In this document: positions 1 through 10,565 of the stretch, piece after piece
How the letters are laid out: each line of letters begins with the position of its first letter
Position numbering within the stretch: position 1 is the first letter of the stretch
Source: Anthoceros angustus
Lineage: Eukaryota > Plantae > Anthocerotophyta
Direction: 5' to 3'
Assembly: GCA_010909165.1 (NCBI GenBank)
Contig: MU008226.1
Span: 1 to 64,000 of the forward strand
DNA: 64,000 bases
Notes under the pieces: generated by a model
What the model was told of the DNA's origin: nothing
Seen by the model: only the letters and a program-made list of their open reading frames with translations
Databases searched by the model: none
Program-made: the position numbers and the translations under genes

Positions 1-1000
1 CACCAATTGCGGTCTCGACTTCAAGCCTCTTGAGTCGACCATGTCTTCTTCTTGGCATATCCTATGACAAACTCGATGTCATGCTCCTCCCACAAGTCTT
101 CTAGAGTCCACTTTTCCCTCAACCATCGCCTTGCTTCCCAATACTCCTCTCTTCTAAAAAGTCCTTGGCCATTCCTCCCCCCTTCCTTCCCAACAAGCCA
201 CCGCTTTCACTTCCATGCTATCTTCGCACATGAAATCTTTCCCTAAACCTTGTCATCTGTCAAGCTCTCCAACACCGCTCCTCGCCATTTGGTTTGATGA
301 TGAATGCAAACGCCTCCCATACTCATAAGTGCCTCCGTGCTCTCAATGTCCCATCCAAGTCTCATCATTGCATAAGGCAATTGTCAAGCCTTACAAAGCC
401 CTTATTGCTCTCAAAAAGTCTGCTTCTCCTCCCAGCGTGATCGCCTCTTCAGGCTCCTCAAGGAATCCCCAGGTGGTGCGGCTTTTTGGAAGGAGTTCCA
501 TTCTCATCGAACCATCCTTTTGCAATCGTCTCCTGAGCTTATCAACTATGTGGAAACCCTCTTCTTCCAGGGAATCTGTCCCTCCTCCGATTAGCTCTCA
601 AGACCTGGGATCAAGATGTTCATCCTGACCTCATCCTCACTGCCATCAACAAGCTCAGATTAGGGAGAGCCTCTCATCCTGCAGATATCCCCGGAGAACT
701 TTTCTCCTATGCAGCTCCTACTACTATTGCTCCTCCCTTAGCAGCTTTGTTCAATCAGGCTCTAGTCCATGGCTTTCCCGAGGCTTGGTGCTGGAATGAC
801 ATCCATTCCATCTTCAAGACAGGTGATCCACAGCTCCCGCCCAATTACAGGTATATCATGGTCGAGTCCATCTTAAAAGATCTTTATGCTTGAAATTCTC
901 ACTACTTCTTGGGCCGAGAATGAATCGAGAGGGCCGGGTTTCGTCGGAGGAATACCGGGATAATCTTTTCACTCATTGCTATTATTCGAGGCAGCAGCCC
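1..1000 (+). mobile_element. Degenerate non-LTR retrotransposon (RTE-like LINE) ORF2 fragment, pre-RT to start of RT; runs off the window start
   Basis: Broken frames read SIFKTGDPQLPPNYRYIMVESI and RAGFR..DNLFT..IAII, the RTE/L2-type 'IFKxGD..NYRxIM' and 'QAGFR...DxxFTL' motifs. Colinear with 3600-4580. Confidence 0.8.
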
Positions 1001-1010
1001 AGACTCGGCC

Positions 1011-1607
1011 ATGGCCGCAGCATCTAGCATGGTGGGAGTGGTGGCGCCGGCCTGTGCCGCCGTCGGCTCCAGCAGCAGCAGCATCGTCGCCAGCCGCGTG
1101 CAATTAAGGCCGGTGCACGCCATGCCCGCGCGCTCCGTCCGACTGGCTGTCCGAGCTGAGGACGCCGGTCCCGCAGAGGCCCCCGTGAAGGCGCCTCCTC
1201 CTCCTCCCGTCGGCCCCAAGCGAGGAGCCACGGTACGGGGCTGAGCAAACCCTTGCTTGGATCTTGCGTTTCTGTTTTTGCCGAGATGCCTTGAAGTCTG
1301 ATGGAAAATTGCTTCTTCTTGGTGCGTGCAGGTGAAGATCCTCCGACCGGAGTCCTACTGGTTCAACGACACCGGCAAGGTTGTCTCTGTCGACCAGGTG
1401 AGGCGTTGTCTGGTGCATTTCCTTCGGCTGGGATTGGCAAGCCTGGCTGTGGAGGTAGATGTGATGCGTTGGCCCATACTGATGTTGTGGATGTGCGTTG
1501 AGCAGGGATCGACCGTGAAGTACCCCGTGGTGGTGCGTTTCGAGAAGGTGAACTATGCCGGCATCTCCACAAACAACTACGCGTTGGACGAGGTGCTAGA
1601 AGTGTGA
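1011..1607 (+). CDS. PsaE: Photosystem I reaction centre subunit IV (PsaE) precursor, ~129 aa; exons 1011-1232, 1332-1397, 1506-1607
   Basis: Ala/Ser-rich transit peptide, then [11 protein letters not shown]|[22 protein letters not shown]|[33 protein letters not shown]. Both introns are GT-AG and phase 0, and the frame is intact. Confidence 0.97.
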
Positions 1608-2192
1608 GCACCCGCAGTGGATACGTAGGGGAGTAGTAGTAGCAAGATTCTTGTGGCCTGTGAAGTGATCTGAGCCATTTGAGGCTTAAGACAAGCGTGT
1701 AATTGAAAGCTCGGTTGCTTCTATAGCCTGTGCAGCAGTTGGATTCTCCGGATCAAAACCCTTGGGCGCAGTTTGCCAAGACCTAGCATCTAGGTAATCC
1801 GAGAGAGGAAGTAGCTCTGTGTGGAATGGGACTGTGTGCAGCCTCACTTGGCTTACGCTGGCAGAGCAAGGCTTTAAATCTGTACATTGAGTCAGGCCTG
1901 TGGCTGGGTAAGTGAACTTGGGACAATTTGGAAATGATCTCCGTTCCTGAAGTAGGCAGCTGTTTTCTGCATTCGACAAGGATTTGTTCTCCGCGACCTG
2001 TCAGGATGGTCTCCCCCACAAAGTGGAATTGTGAGGCCAGACAACATGAGAGCCGGCTCTAGTACGTTCTCTACCGCCTCATCACCAACCTTGCGCAGTC
2101 TACGATGTGAGGTTGGAAATGTAGCGGATGTCACCGTAGCCGACCACTCCAGCCTGCTCTCATCCAAGCCAACTCTGGGCTGCTGTGTCTCA

Positions 2193-2765
2193 CACCCAGA
2201 GCATCCTCATCCTTCGAGTTTGAGCCTTGAAGACATGCGCAGAGACTCGCCCTGAGCATTCTCATCCCTCGAGTTCGGGCCTTGGAAACCTCCGCAGGGA
2301 ATCACCCTGAGCATCCTCATCCTTCGCGTTTGTGCCTTGAAGACATGCGCAGAGTCTCACCCTGAGCATCCTCATCCCTCGAGTTTGTGCCTTGGAAACA
2401 TCAGCAGAGAATCACCCTGAGCATCCTCATCCTTCGAGTTTGTGCCTTAGAAAGCAGAGACTGTCCCCAGCATCCATGTCCCAAGCATCGAGACACATGC
2501 GCAGTTTGTGCCTTGAAAAGCACAGGCTGACCTCCGCATTCATGGGAAGAGACTCAACCCAGCGTTTATGCTTAGGAAAATATAAAAGGCTGACCCCAGC
2601 ATTCATGGGGTGAGACTGAACCAACGTTTATGTTTAAGAAAATAGAAAAAGGCTGACCCCAGCATTCTTGGGAAGCGTATGAACCCAGCGTTTATGTTTA
2701 ATAAAATATAAAAGGCTGACCCCAGCATTAGTGGAAAGAGACTAAACCCAGCGTTTCTGTTTAAG
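2193..2765. repeat. Compound minisatellite: ~55-bp units (CCCTGAGCATCCTCATCC..) grading into ~63-bp units (GGCTGACCCCAGCATT..)
   Basis: About 5 copies of unit 1 with alternating A/B variants, a hybrid zone near 2460-2530, then about 4 copies of unit 2. Confidence 0.9.
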
Positions 2766-2859
2766 GAGAAACTACCATATGTTACAATCGACCATATGAG
2801 TCTGACGTAAAAGTCGAACACGCAAGCTTCTTTCTGATCTGGAGTCCGCTAGAAACAAT

Positions 2860-3070
2860 AGACAAACAATTTATTTTTAAGTCCATTAAGGATGAAGATG
2901 CCGCTAGGCGACTCGATACTCCGGGCAACTTGCTCCTTGGAGTAAACTAGGCTACTAGCACTAGAGGCATTCATCTCTAGGTACTCCATCCAGGTCCCGC
3001 TTATAGTGTAGAGCACTTAACTACGATGTTTTTAAAGTATGTGTGTCCATTTGGCTTGAGCCATTTGGCT
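2860..3070 (-). mobile_element. Diverged copy of the ~200-bp SINE-like family
   Basis: Shares TTTATTTTTAAGTCCA at one end and GTGTGTCCATTTGGC..GCCATTTGG at the other with copies at 39679, 43178 and 54338. Confidence 0.6.
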
Positions 3071-3149
3071 ACCTTTGCGCCACAGATTCGTGCAGGTTTA
3101 TTAACGAAGTAGGTTGTTTTTACAATTTTGTCTTTTTAGGAATATAAAA

Positions 3150-6050
3150 ATCTTCTCTTCTTCAGGTAAGCTCAATAACAGAGAGGCCCATGACAACTTC
3201 CACGCATATCACTATCCAGGTTGCACCACATGACTTGAGGAGTTGGCTTGGCAGGCTGAGCTAAGCTTGCATCATGTATACACTATGCGCCTTTTGGAGA
3301 TACCTTATTGGTGGGGACTTTAGGACTTCCTCTCGATCTCCCAATCTATGCACCGACGGACCAGAAAAGTTATTTCCACTTGATCACGACCATAGTCTCT
3401 AGAGAAGGTATGATGATCCGCACTGGTCAATATTTTTGGAAGGGCTCTTCTCAACTTGGTGGAGTCCCATGGCCCATTTATTTACAGTCTTCCTGAATGG
3501 CCCGGGAGTATGAGGATCACATGCTATGGCGTTTCAGGGCAACGTCCTGTTGTTCTTGATTATGTCATTGGAGAGGCTTCTTTTCTTTCTTCCTACACCA
3601 ACTCTAGGTTTCTGACTACAAGCCTCTTGAGTCTCGATACAAGTTGGTCCTCGCATGTGTACTCGGACCCCTCTAATATGCTACCACAAACTGATAGAGT
3701 CATTTTTCCCTCATTATATTCATGTTCCCGATCTCCTCTCTCGAAATGGTCCTTAGCTACTATTCCTCTTGGTCTCCACTTAACAACAAGTCAATGCCTT
3801 CATCAACGCATGCTGCTATCTTCATATTGTCTTTCCTCCAAAGTGGTAATCTGTTAAACTCTCCACACTCCTCGTCATTCTTGGTTTGATGATGAATGCA
3901 AATGCCTTCGCTTTCCTCACCCATCAATAACTCCATGCCCTTAATGTCCCACCCAAGTCTCATCATACTCCACTATATAATGAGGTTTTCAAGCCTTACA
4001 AAGCTCTTATTGCTGCCAAGAAGTCTGCTTTCTTTTTATTCCAACGCAACCGCTTGATGAGGTTTCTTAGGGAATCTGCTGGTGATCTCGCATTTTGGAA
4101 GGAATTCCACCACAAAGACCATGCTTTCCGAACATGTGCAAACTCTAATCTTAGTCGTGAGGGATCCCAAGATCAAGATGTTCGCCTCGAGCTCATCATC
4201 TCCACCATCAACAACCTCAGTGGTAGAGCCTTTGACCCTACACATATCCCGAGGGAACTCTTTCACTATGCAACTCCTACAGTTATTGCTCTTCTTTAAG
4301 CTGCTTTGTTCAATTAGGCTTTTGTCCATGGCTTTCTTGAGGAGAGGTGTGCGAATGATGTCCATTCCATCTTTAAGATTGAGGACCCACAACTCTCATC
4401 TAACTAGCGGTATATTATGGTTGAGTCCATGTTTGCAAAACTCTTTAGCTTCTGCTTGGAACTACTCACCACTTCTTGGGCTGAGATTGCTGGCATTAAG
4501 GTAAGAGGCTGCTGGGTTTTGTCAAGAGCGGAATACTGTGACAATCTTTTCACTTTCACTAGTAACTTTGAGGAGGCCAAGAGTAGGAGGAGGAGGAACA
4601 TACATGTTTGTGCATATTTTGTTGATTTTAAGAGTAGGTGGAGGAAGAACATTCATGTTTATGCATGTGTTGTTGATTTTAAGAATGGAGGAAGAACATA
4701 CATGTTTATGCATGTTTTGTTGACTTTAAGAGCAAGCGGAGGAAGAACGGACATGTTTATGCATGTTTTGTTGATTTCAAGGGCTTTCGACTTTATCTCC
4801 AGAAAAGCTCTTTGTCCGGTTTCATAGGTTGGGGATGCCTACTCATCTTTTACATGCCATCTCAGTTCTTTATGATAAGGTGAAGATCCTCACTACCCAT
4901 GCTATCTTTGACATTTTGAATTTGCTTTGCAATACGGGAGTGCAGCAGAGAGATCCATATTCTCCTAACTTATTTGGCCTGTATATTGATGAGCTGGAAT
5001 CCTAGATTGCGGAGGCTGGTGATCTTAGTTGTCTTCTCTTCTTGGTATGTATCGCTATACTCCTGTATGTAGATGATGTTGTGCTTTTGTCTCACTCTCC
5101 TGAGGGCCTTAAAAAACGACTTGACATATTATCCCACTTTTGTGAGGCCAGGGACTTAGGATGAACTAGAAGAAGACCAAGGTGATATTCTTCAACAGGA
5201 AGAACCTAGTTGATAACAATTCTATAATGGCCAGCTCGTTGATATTGTTAGGTCTTATGTCTACCGAGCGCAACTCTCTGGCCCGAGATTTCAAGCTATT
5301 ATCCGCTACCACTCGCATTATCAAGGGTGTGATATTTACATGTGGGATTCGGAGGAATGCTCTAGGGCGACATCAAAGACATCACCACTCGAATGGTTGT
5401 TCAATACAATTGTTGTTCCTCTATTATGTATGTTGCGGAGTTTTGGGGCCACTATCTTCCAGGGATGATTGGAGCAAGGTGGAACATGTTCGGACATCCT
5501 TTCTTGATCGCTTATTTTAGAAGAAGTCTATCCCCCTCGCCATCGTTTTTGCAGAGTTTGCCATTTTTCCACTTGAACTTGAGGGTCTATTTCGTCTAAC
5601 CAAGTTCCTGTACTGCCTCTATTCTTTAGAGGAAGTTCAAATCCACTAACCCCACCTCCACTCCCCCATACCTCTCCTTGCTTTCCAATCCTCTCGAGCT
5701 TGGCTCGAAAACCTTAGCTTTTGTCCCGAAAGTCTCCCAGCCCATCCCCTCTTCCAATTTTTGCCTCCTCCATCCAAAAGGTCCATTCGCAATGAATTGC
5801 AATCCACCTATCTCTCCTACACCTGATCTCTTGTATCTAGATCCTTGCCTACTAAACTCCAAACTTGCAAACAATTTTTTCATATCCTCTCCAAGTCTGG
5901 GAGACCCTTGCTTCCACTCTATCTTCGCAACCATATGTCCTTCAACCTTGGGATGATTATAGGTCATTTTCATGTGGGTTCTCAAAGTCTCAGATAATGG
6001 GTGCACCCAAGGAAACCTAAGGAGACCATAATATGAATGGCTGCACCCAA
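3150..6050 (+). mobile_element. Degenerate RTE-like LINE ORF2 (APE endonuclease + RT + C-terminal region)
   Basis: Endonuclease remnants (LVESHGPFIY..WPGS..TCY...VVLDYVIG) and RT remnants (IFKIEDPQLSSN*RYIMVES, DNLFT, FVDFK..AFD, LLYVDDVVLLS). Many stops and frameshifts. Confidence 0.85.
4579..4782 (+). repeat. Four tandem ~52-57-bp copies inside the LINE RT region
   Basis: AAGAG..GGAGGAAGAACA..CATGTTT.TGCATGT.TTGTTGATTT repeated four times just before the AFD codons. Confidence 0.9.
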
Positions 6051-6078
6051 GGCCGCCTAAGGAGACCATAATATGAAG
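5999..6078. repeat. Two ~40-bp tandem copies at the LINE 3' end
   Basis: TGCACCCAAGG...CCTAAGGAGACCATAATATGAA occurs twice. Confidence 0.8.
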
Positions 6079-6885
6079 GTTATATAAAAAGGAAGTTGAG
6101 ACCGAGGAACATTTTGAACACTTTTTCTTCTGCACCTATCTTGCAAACTTATTCCCAACACCTGTGTCTTTGCTCCGAAGTTTCTTGAATTTTCCTAACC
6201 ATAGCCTAGTTCCATGTTCCATAACAAAGACGGCCTTCCTCCTTCACCCAACATATCCCAACATCCAGCGTTGCCTTCTTGCAAAGCTTCGCCACCCATA
6301 CTGCCTAGCAATTCACCAACCCGGATGCCATCCCCGATGAGGAAAAAATAACAAGGCCGCGATTTCTTACACTCTCCACCTAGCTACCACCAGTAACAAG
6401 AACAGTAGTAGAGTGCAAGGGAGGCAATGAATCAGGGTCTGGACACTGTCACGATGATCTTACGAACACTGGTGTAATCTCCGGACTGCTTCCCGTGTGC
6501 GGTGTGCCCTTGGCGCGTTGTCTGACAGTGCACGCACATATGCAGCAAAACGCTGTCTGTCTGTGAGGCAGGCGGGGGTGATCCGATTTAGCTCTGCGAG
6601 CGCTAAATCAGAGGCAAGGAAAACGGAGGTAAGCAGGTGCGGGCTGGCTGGGCTCCGATAATCCAGCCTCATTTGGCTAAGCCAAACGACCCAATTTGGC
6701 AGAAGTGGTGCAGTGGACTGCAGTCAGAGGAGCAGAGTGACGCGGTGGCCATCTCGGAGCAAGAGGAAGGCGGTGGCTCACCGCCACGGCCTCCTTTCTC
6801 CGCGCTCCAGCGGCTGCGAACGCGAACCCGTCTGCGTCGTCTTCGTTCCGTCGACTGCGTTGCGAGTCCGAGTCTGCGCCTGCTC

Positions 6886-6975
6886 CTGCCTGCCTGCGGC
6901 TGCGGCTCCGGCTGCCTCTGCTTCTGCTTCTGCATCTGCCGCTGCGTCTGCGTCTGCGTCTGCGTCTGCTGCGTG
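6886..6975. repeat. Hexamer microsatellite (GCTTCT/GCGTCT)n upstream of the LBD start codon
   Basis: Visible directly in the sequence. Confidence 0.85.
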
Positions 6976-7015
6976 TGCGGAGGGCCTGGGATCGGAAGAT
7001 CATTGGCGACTGCCC

Positions 7016-8400
7016 ATGACGGGCGCCGGCACCACGCAGGCCTGCGCGGCCTGCAAGTACCAGCGCCGCAAGTGCGCGCCTGACTGCCCCCCTACTTCCC
7101 CGACCAGCCCAAGCGCTTCCAGAACGTCCACCGCCTCTTCGGCGTCAGCAACATCCTCCGCATCCTCAAGCTTGTGGATCCCAGCAAGCGCGAGGACGCC
7201 GTCAAGTCCATCGTCTACGAGGCCGATACCCGCGAGAAGGACGCCGTCCACGGCTGCCTCGGCGTCATCACCCTCCTCCAGAGCCAGGTACCTGCAGCTG
7301 CTGCACCCACCTCCTACGTACCGGGCTCTGTCCAGCTCCTTCTCATCTTGCACTTGCGCGCTGAATCACTGCTGCTGCTGCTGCTCTTGGAAAATCTCGC
7401 ACTCTGGACTGCATGCTCCGCACTCAACTCCCACTCCCACATCAGATAGTGAAGCTGAAGGAGGAGCTGGCCTACGCGCGGGAGCAGCTCTACGTGCTGG
7501 AGCAGCAGCACCAGCACTCCGCCTACCTCCAGCAGCACCTGGCGGTGCATGCGCAGCAGCAGGCCTTGGCGGCCGCAGCCGGTAAGCCATGTGCGTGTGT
7601 CCATCTGCAGTATCTGCACATTGCTCACAGTGCAATCGTCTGTCTGCCTGGCTCTGATCCTGGATCATCTGCAGGGCACGGGCGGGGTGCACGGCCACGG
7701 GCACGCTGCAGCTGGCGGGGATGGCGACGGGGAAGCCTGGGGCGCGGGGCGCACTTCATCGGGCTGGCGCAGCAGCCTACAGCGTGAGCGTGGTGAGCCC
7801 CAGGGCAGCAGCATCGCGGGCCACTCCCACTACGACGCGGCCTGCACCGCCACGGGCCACTACAGGGCCGGGAGCTACGCAGTGGCGGACACCATGCGCC
7901 ACAATCTGAGCTCCTTCATCGACTACCGCCCGTCCGGATACGGCGCCGGGAGCTTCAACGCGTCCTACCTCCAGCACGCCGCAGCTGGGATAGCTCAGCG
8001 GGCCCGGGCCGAGTCTCAGCTGCAACTCGTACCAGCTGGACTCCCGGCCGAGCCCAACAACCAATTCCTACATGGATTCCGGGGCACCCACCGCCCGGGG
8101 CCCGCATCCACGTCCCACCTCGACTGCGGAAGGCCGTTCCTGCAGGATTCCTGCCGCCCCAGCCCCATCTACTCCTACATCGACTCCAGGCCCAGCCTCG
8201 GCGCCGCCAGCACGTCGTACATGGACAACCGCGCCAGCCCGGACTACGATTCCCGATCCAGCTGCTCCGGTACGACTCCAGGTCGGTGTCGATGCACGCT
8301 GCGGCTGCGGCTGCGGGTAGGCGCAGCGAGTTGCCCAATTCTGGATGCCCTCCTGACGCGTGACGTGAATTTGGGTGAGCTGCAGGACGCCCAAGTCTGA
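7016..8400 (+). CDS. LBD: Class I LOB-domain transcription factor, LBD27/SIDECAR POLLEN-like. Exons 7016-7287, 7446-7581, then probably 7631-8400. Frameshift at ~7087-7092.
   Basis: MTGAGTTQACAACKYQRRKCAPDCP (CX2CX6CX3C), then in a shifted frame YFPDQPKRFQNVHRLFGVSNILRILK..AVKSIVYEADTREKDAVHGCLGVITLLQSQ|IVKLKEELAYAREQL (GAS block and coiled coil). The last exon and C-terminus are uncertain. Confidence 0.85.
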
Positions 8401-9474
8401 AGCTGTTGAAGGGCAGTAGTTGGACCGGGCGGCTCAGGACTCCCTTCCATCCAGCTTGTAATGCTCGTCGCACAGTCCGAAGAAGCTTCAGGTGGGATTG
8501 TCAGATTTCCTCTGCTCCTGTCACAAATGGAACACTTCCTATTCCTGACGAGGCAGGCCTCCATTCATGCCAACGGCCAATGGCCACAACAACGAGATTG
8601 CAAGACGCAAGCTTGCCATGTATATCTTAAGGTTTTCATCAGCCTTCACCTTCATGTACTGCTGCCCAACGCCTGTCAATGATGCGCCTACCCTGGGTGG
8701 GTTTTGTGATCGTGGACCCACTGTTACTCCCCAGCATTTGGCAAATGCGTCAACATTATGACACTACTGCTAATAGGCCTGCAGGATCGGACTGCAGGGA
8801 GATTCTACTGGTCCATCCTGCCAATGGGTGTCTCGGCATGAGACACCACTCTTTTAGGAGGATGCTTGCCTTCCTACAGAACATGCTTATGGAATCTGAA
8901 GGAACAGTAAACAGTAAATTGTGAAATGAAAACTCGATGATAAATGCAGAGCAGCCTGGGAGGGGCAGGTCAGGTGTGCTGAAATCTTTTTCTCTGAAAA
9001 TGATTCAATTTTTATAAATTTGATGGGAAAGCCCACCGTGCACAGGTCAACCAAGGAGACCCTCGGCGTCGTGGTGAAATCTTTTTGTTGTAATGAATCT
9101 TTGTAGGTTAACCATACTCGTGCATTGAGTGGAGAAACGTCGATATGGAGGACAGAAACGTGCGAATGATGCTTGTGCACTCGCGTCGTGACTCGTGACT
9201 CGAGTGCCGTGCATGCTGGAGGGTCTGTACTCGAAGCATTCGTCATAAGCCTTCTCCCGACCTGTCGGCCAGCGTCTCAGCTCGCGCCACATTTGCGTCC
9301 GTCCTTTCGCCCCGCTCCCTGTCCTGTGACCGGCATTCTGTCATCCAGGTCTGGATATCCTCCACTGCTTGCACCTCGTTGGTCCCTTGCAACTTGCGAT
9401 CGCGTCTTCACGTTTGCGCCCGGCCACAGCTGTTCCTCCTTCTCTGCACCAAGACGCGAATCAGCAGCTAGGCC

Positions 9475-9684
9475 ATGAATCATCAGGTCGGCCTGGTGCT
9501 CATCTTCCTACTTGCCGGTTTGGCGATCATTGGCTCCCTCTTTGCTGTGTGTTTTCACTTCACCAACATTATTGCGAGAGATCAGGCTGTTCTATTCGCT
9601 GTTCCTGATCCTGGAGACTTGGAGGCTGGGCGGCAGAGCAGGCCGCAACCGCAACACACAGCCGTAGCCTCAGCGGGGCCTTGA
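9475..9684 (+). CDS. Putative 69-aa single-pass membrane microprotein
   Basis: MNHQVGLVLIFLLAGLAIIGSLFAVCFHF (TM) ... GDLEAGR. The paralogous position (ATG 15642) also encodes a hydrophobic helix, MNHTVRLLLAIFVMIFGALCAVCCLF. Confidence 0.4.
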   Translation: MNHQVGLVLIFLLAGLAIIGSLFAVCFHFTNIIARDQAVLFAVPDPGDLEAGRQSRPQPQHTAVASAGP

Positions 9685-10565
9685 GGTCGTACTGAAATTG
9701 TATGTACAAGTATTCTTGGTAGCGTACCGGGCCTTGGTTTGACTTAGCTTCACACTCCGGCAGAGCAGCTCCGCAGCATCATACTATATCCACATTTGCG
9801 CCCTGCTGCGTGGTTTGATTATATCTTAAATCAAGGCTTTGAAATCTTCCGCCAATTTGCTTTTCAGTTGCAGTGGAGCATTTGGCGTTTGAGATCTCGA
9901 AGGCCTCATTTGGTATGACAGTGTGCTGTGGAATTAAATTTATGCAATGCCTGACTGTGAGTTCACAATTACTCGGATTCTGTCCCCTTGTCAGGGAAAA
10001 GTTGCTAACCAAGGTGCAGCGTTCTGTGATGATTGCCAATGGCAGGAACTCTGATTCCCGTGCTAGGGCCTTTGTTTTTGCGGAACTGTTGTTGACATCC
10101 TTTGCTGCCAGTTTCCGCTGCACTTCAATCGATATGCTTCCATGACTCAACTGCCTTGTATAGCCAAACGCTGGCAGTAACGCTGGTGCTCACAAGTTGA
10201 AGGTATGAACCCCTTGAAATTTTGTGTGGCCGTAAGGTTGAAGTAGTTCCAATTCGCGATAAGATCATAGGAGAGTTTTACAATGGCCCTCACGGTGACA
10301 CATGTTAGGTAGGATCGGCATAATGTTGATCAACTTGATGCAGTGACTCCTAAGTGATGCACAGACATTGTGTTCCGACATTTGCTAAACTGTGATCTGT
10401 GTGCGTGCTTTTCATTTGCTGCTGTCCAGTTTGATATGGCAAGGCTTGCGAAGGGAGCGAGGAAGATTCACCCTATTCTCCAGATACCAATGTCTTTGAA
10501 AATTCCTCACACCGGCTGGCTGTTTGATAGAATGTGCGACTGCGCTGCCGTGTCTTGTTCTTCAA

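Noticed and set aside
1686-2167. Minus-strand ORFs convergent with PsaE
   Set aside because: Three overlapping short ORFs, none with a recognisable motif or clear splice support.
2193-2765. CRISPR-like repeat-spacer look (also 37306-37515 and 18972-19125)
   Set aside because: The variable parts are related to each other rather than unique spacers, there are no cas genes, and the context is eukaryotic.
6580-6610. Small hairpin GATTTAGC..GCTAAATC upstream of LBD
   Set aside because: An 8-bp stem is not unusual in a window this size and no context supports a function.
6713-7015. N-terminal extension of the 290-aa ORF 6713-7585
   Set aside because: Starts at CTG and is built from a hexamer microsatellite (ASASAS). 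The LBD homology begins at ATG 7016.
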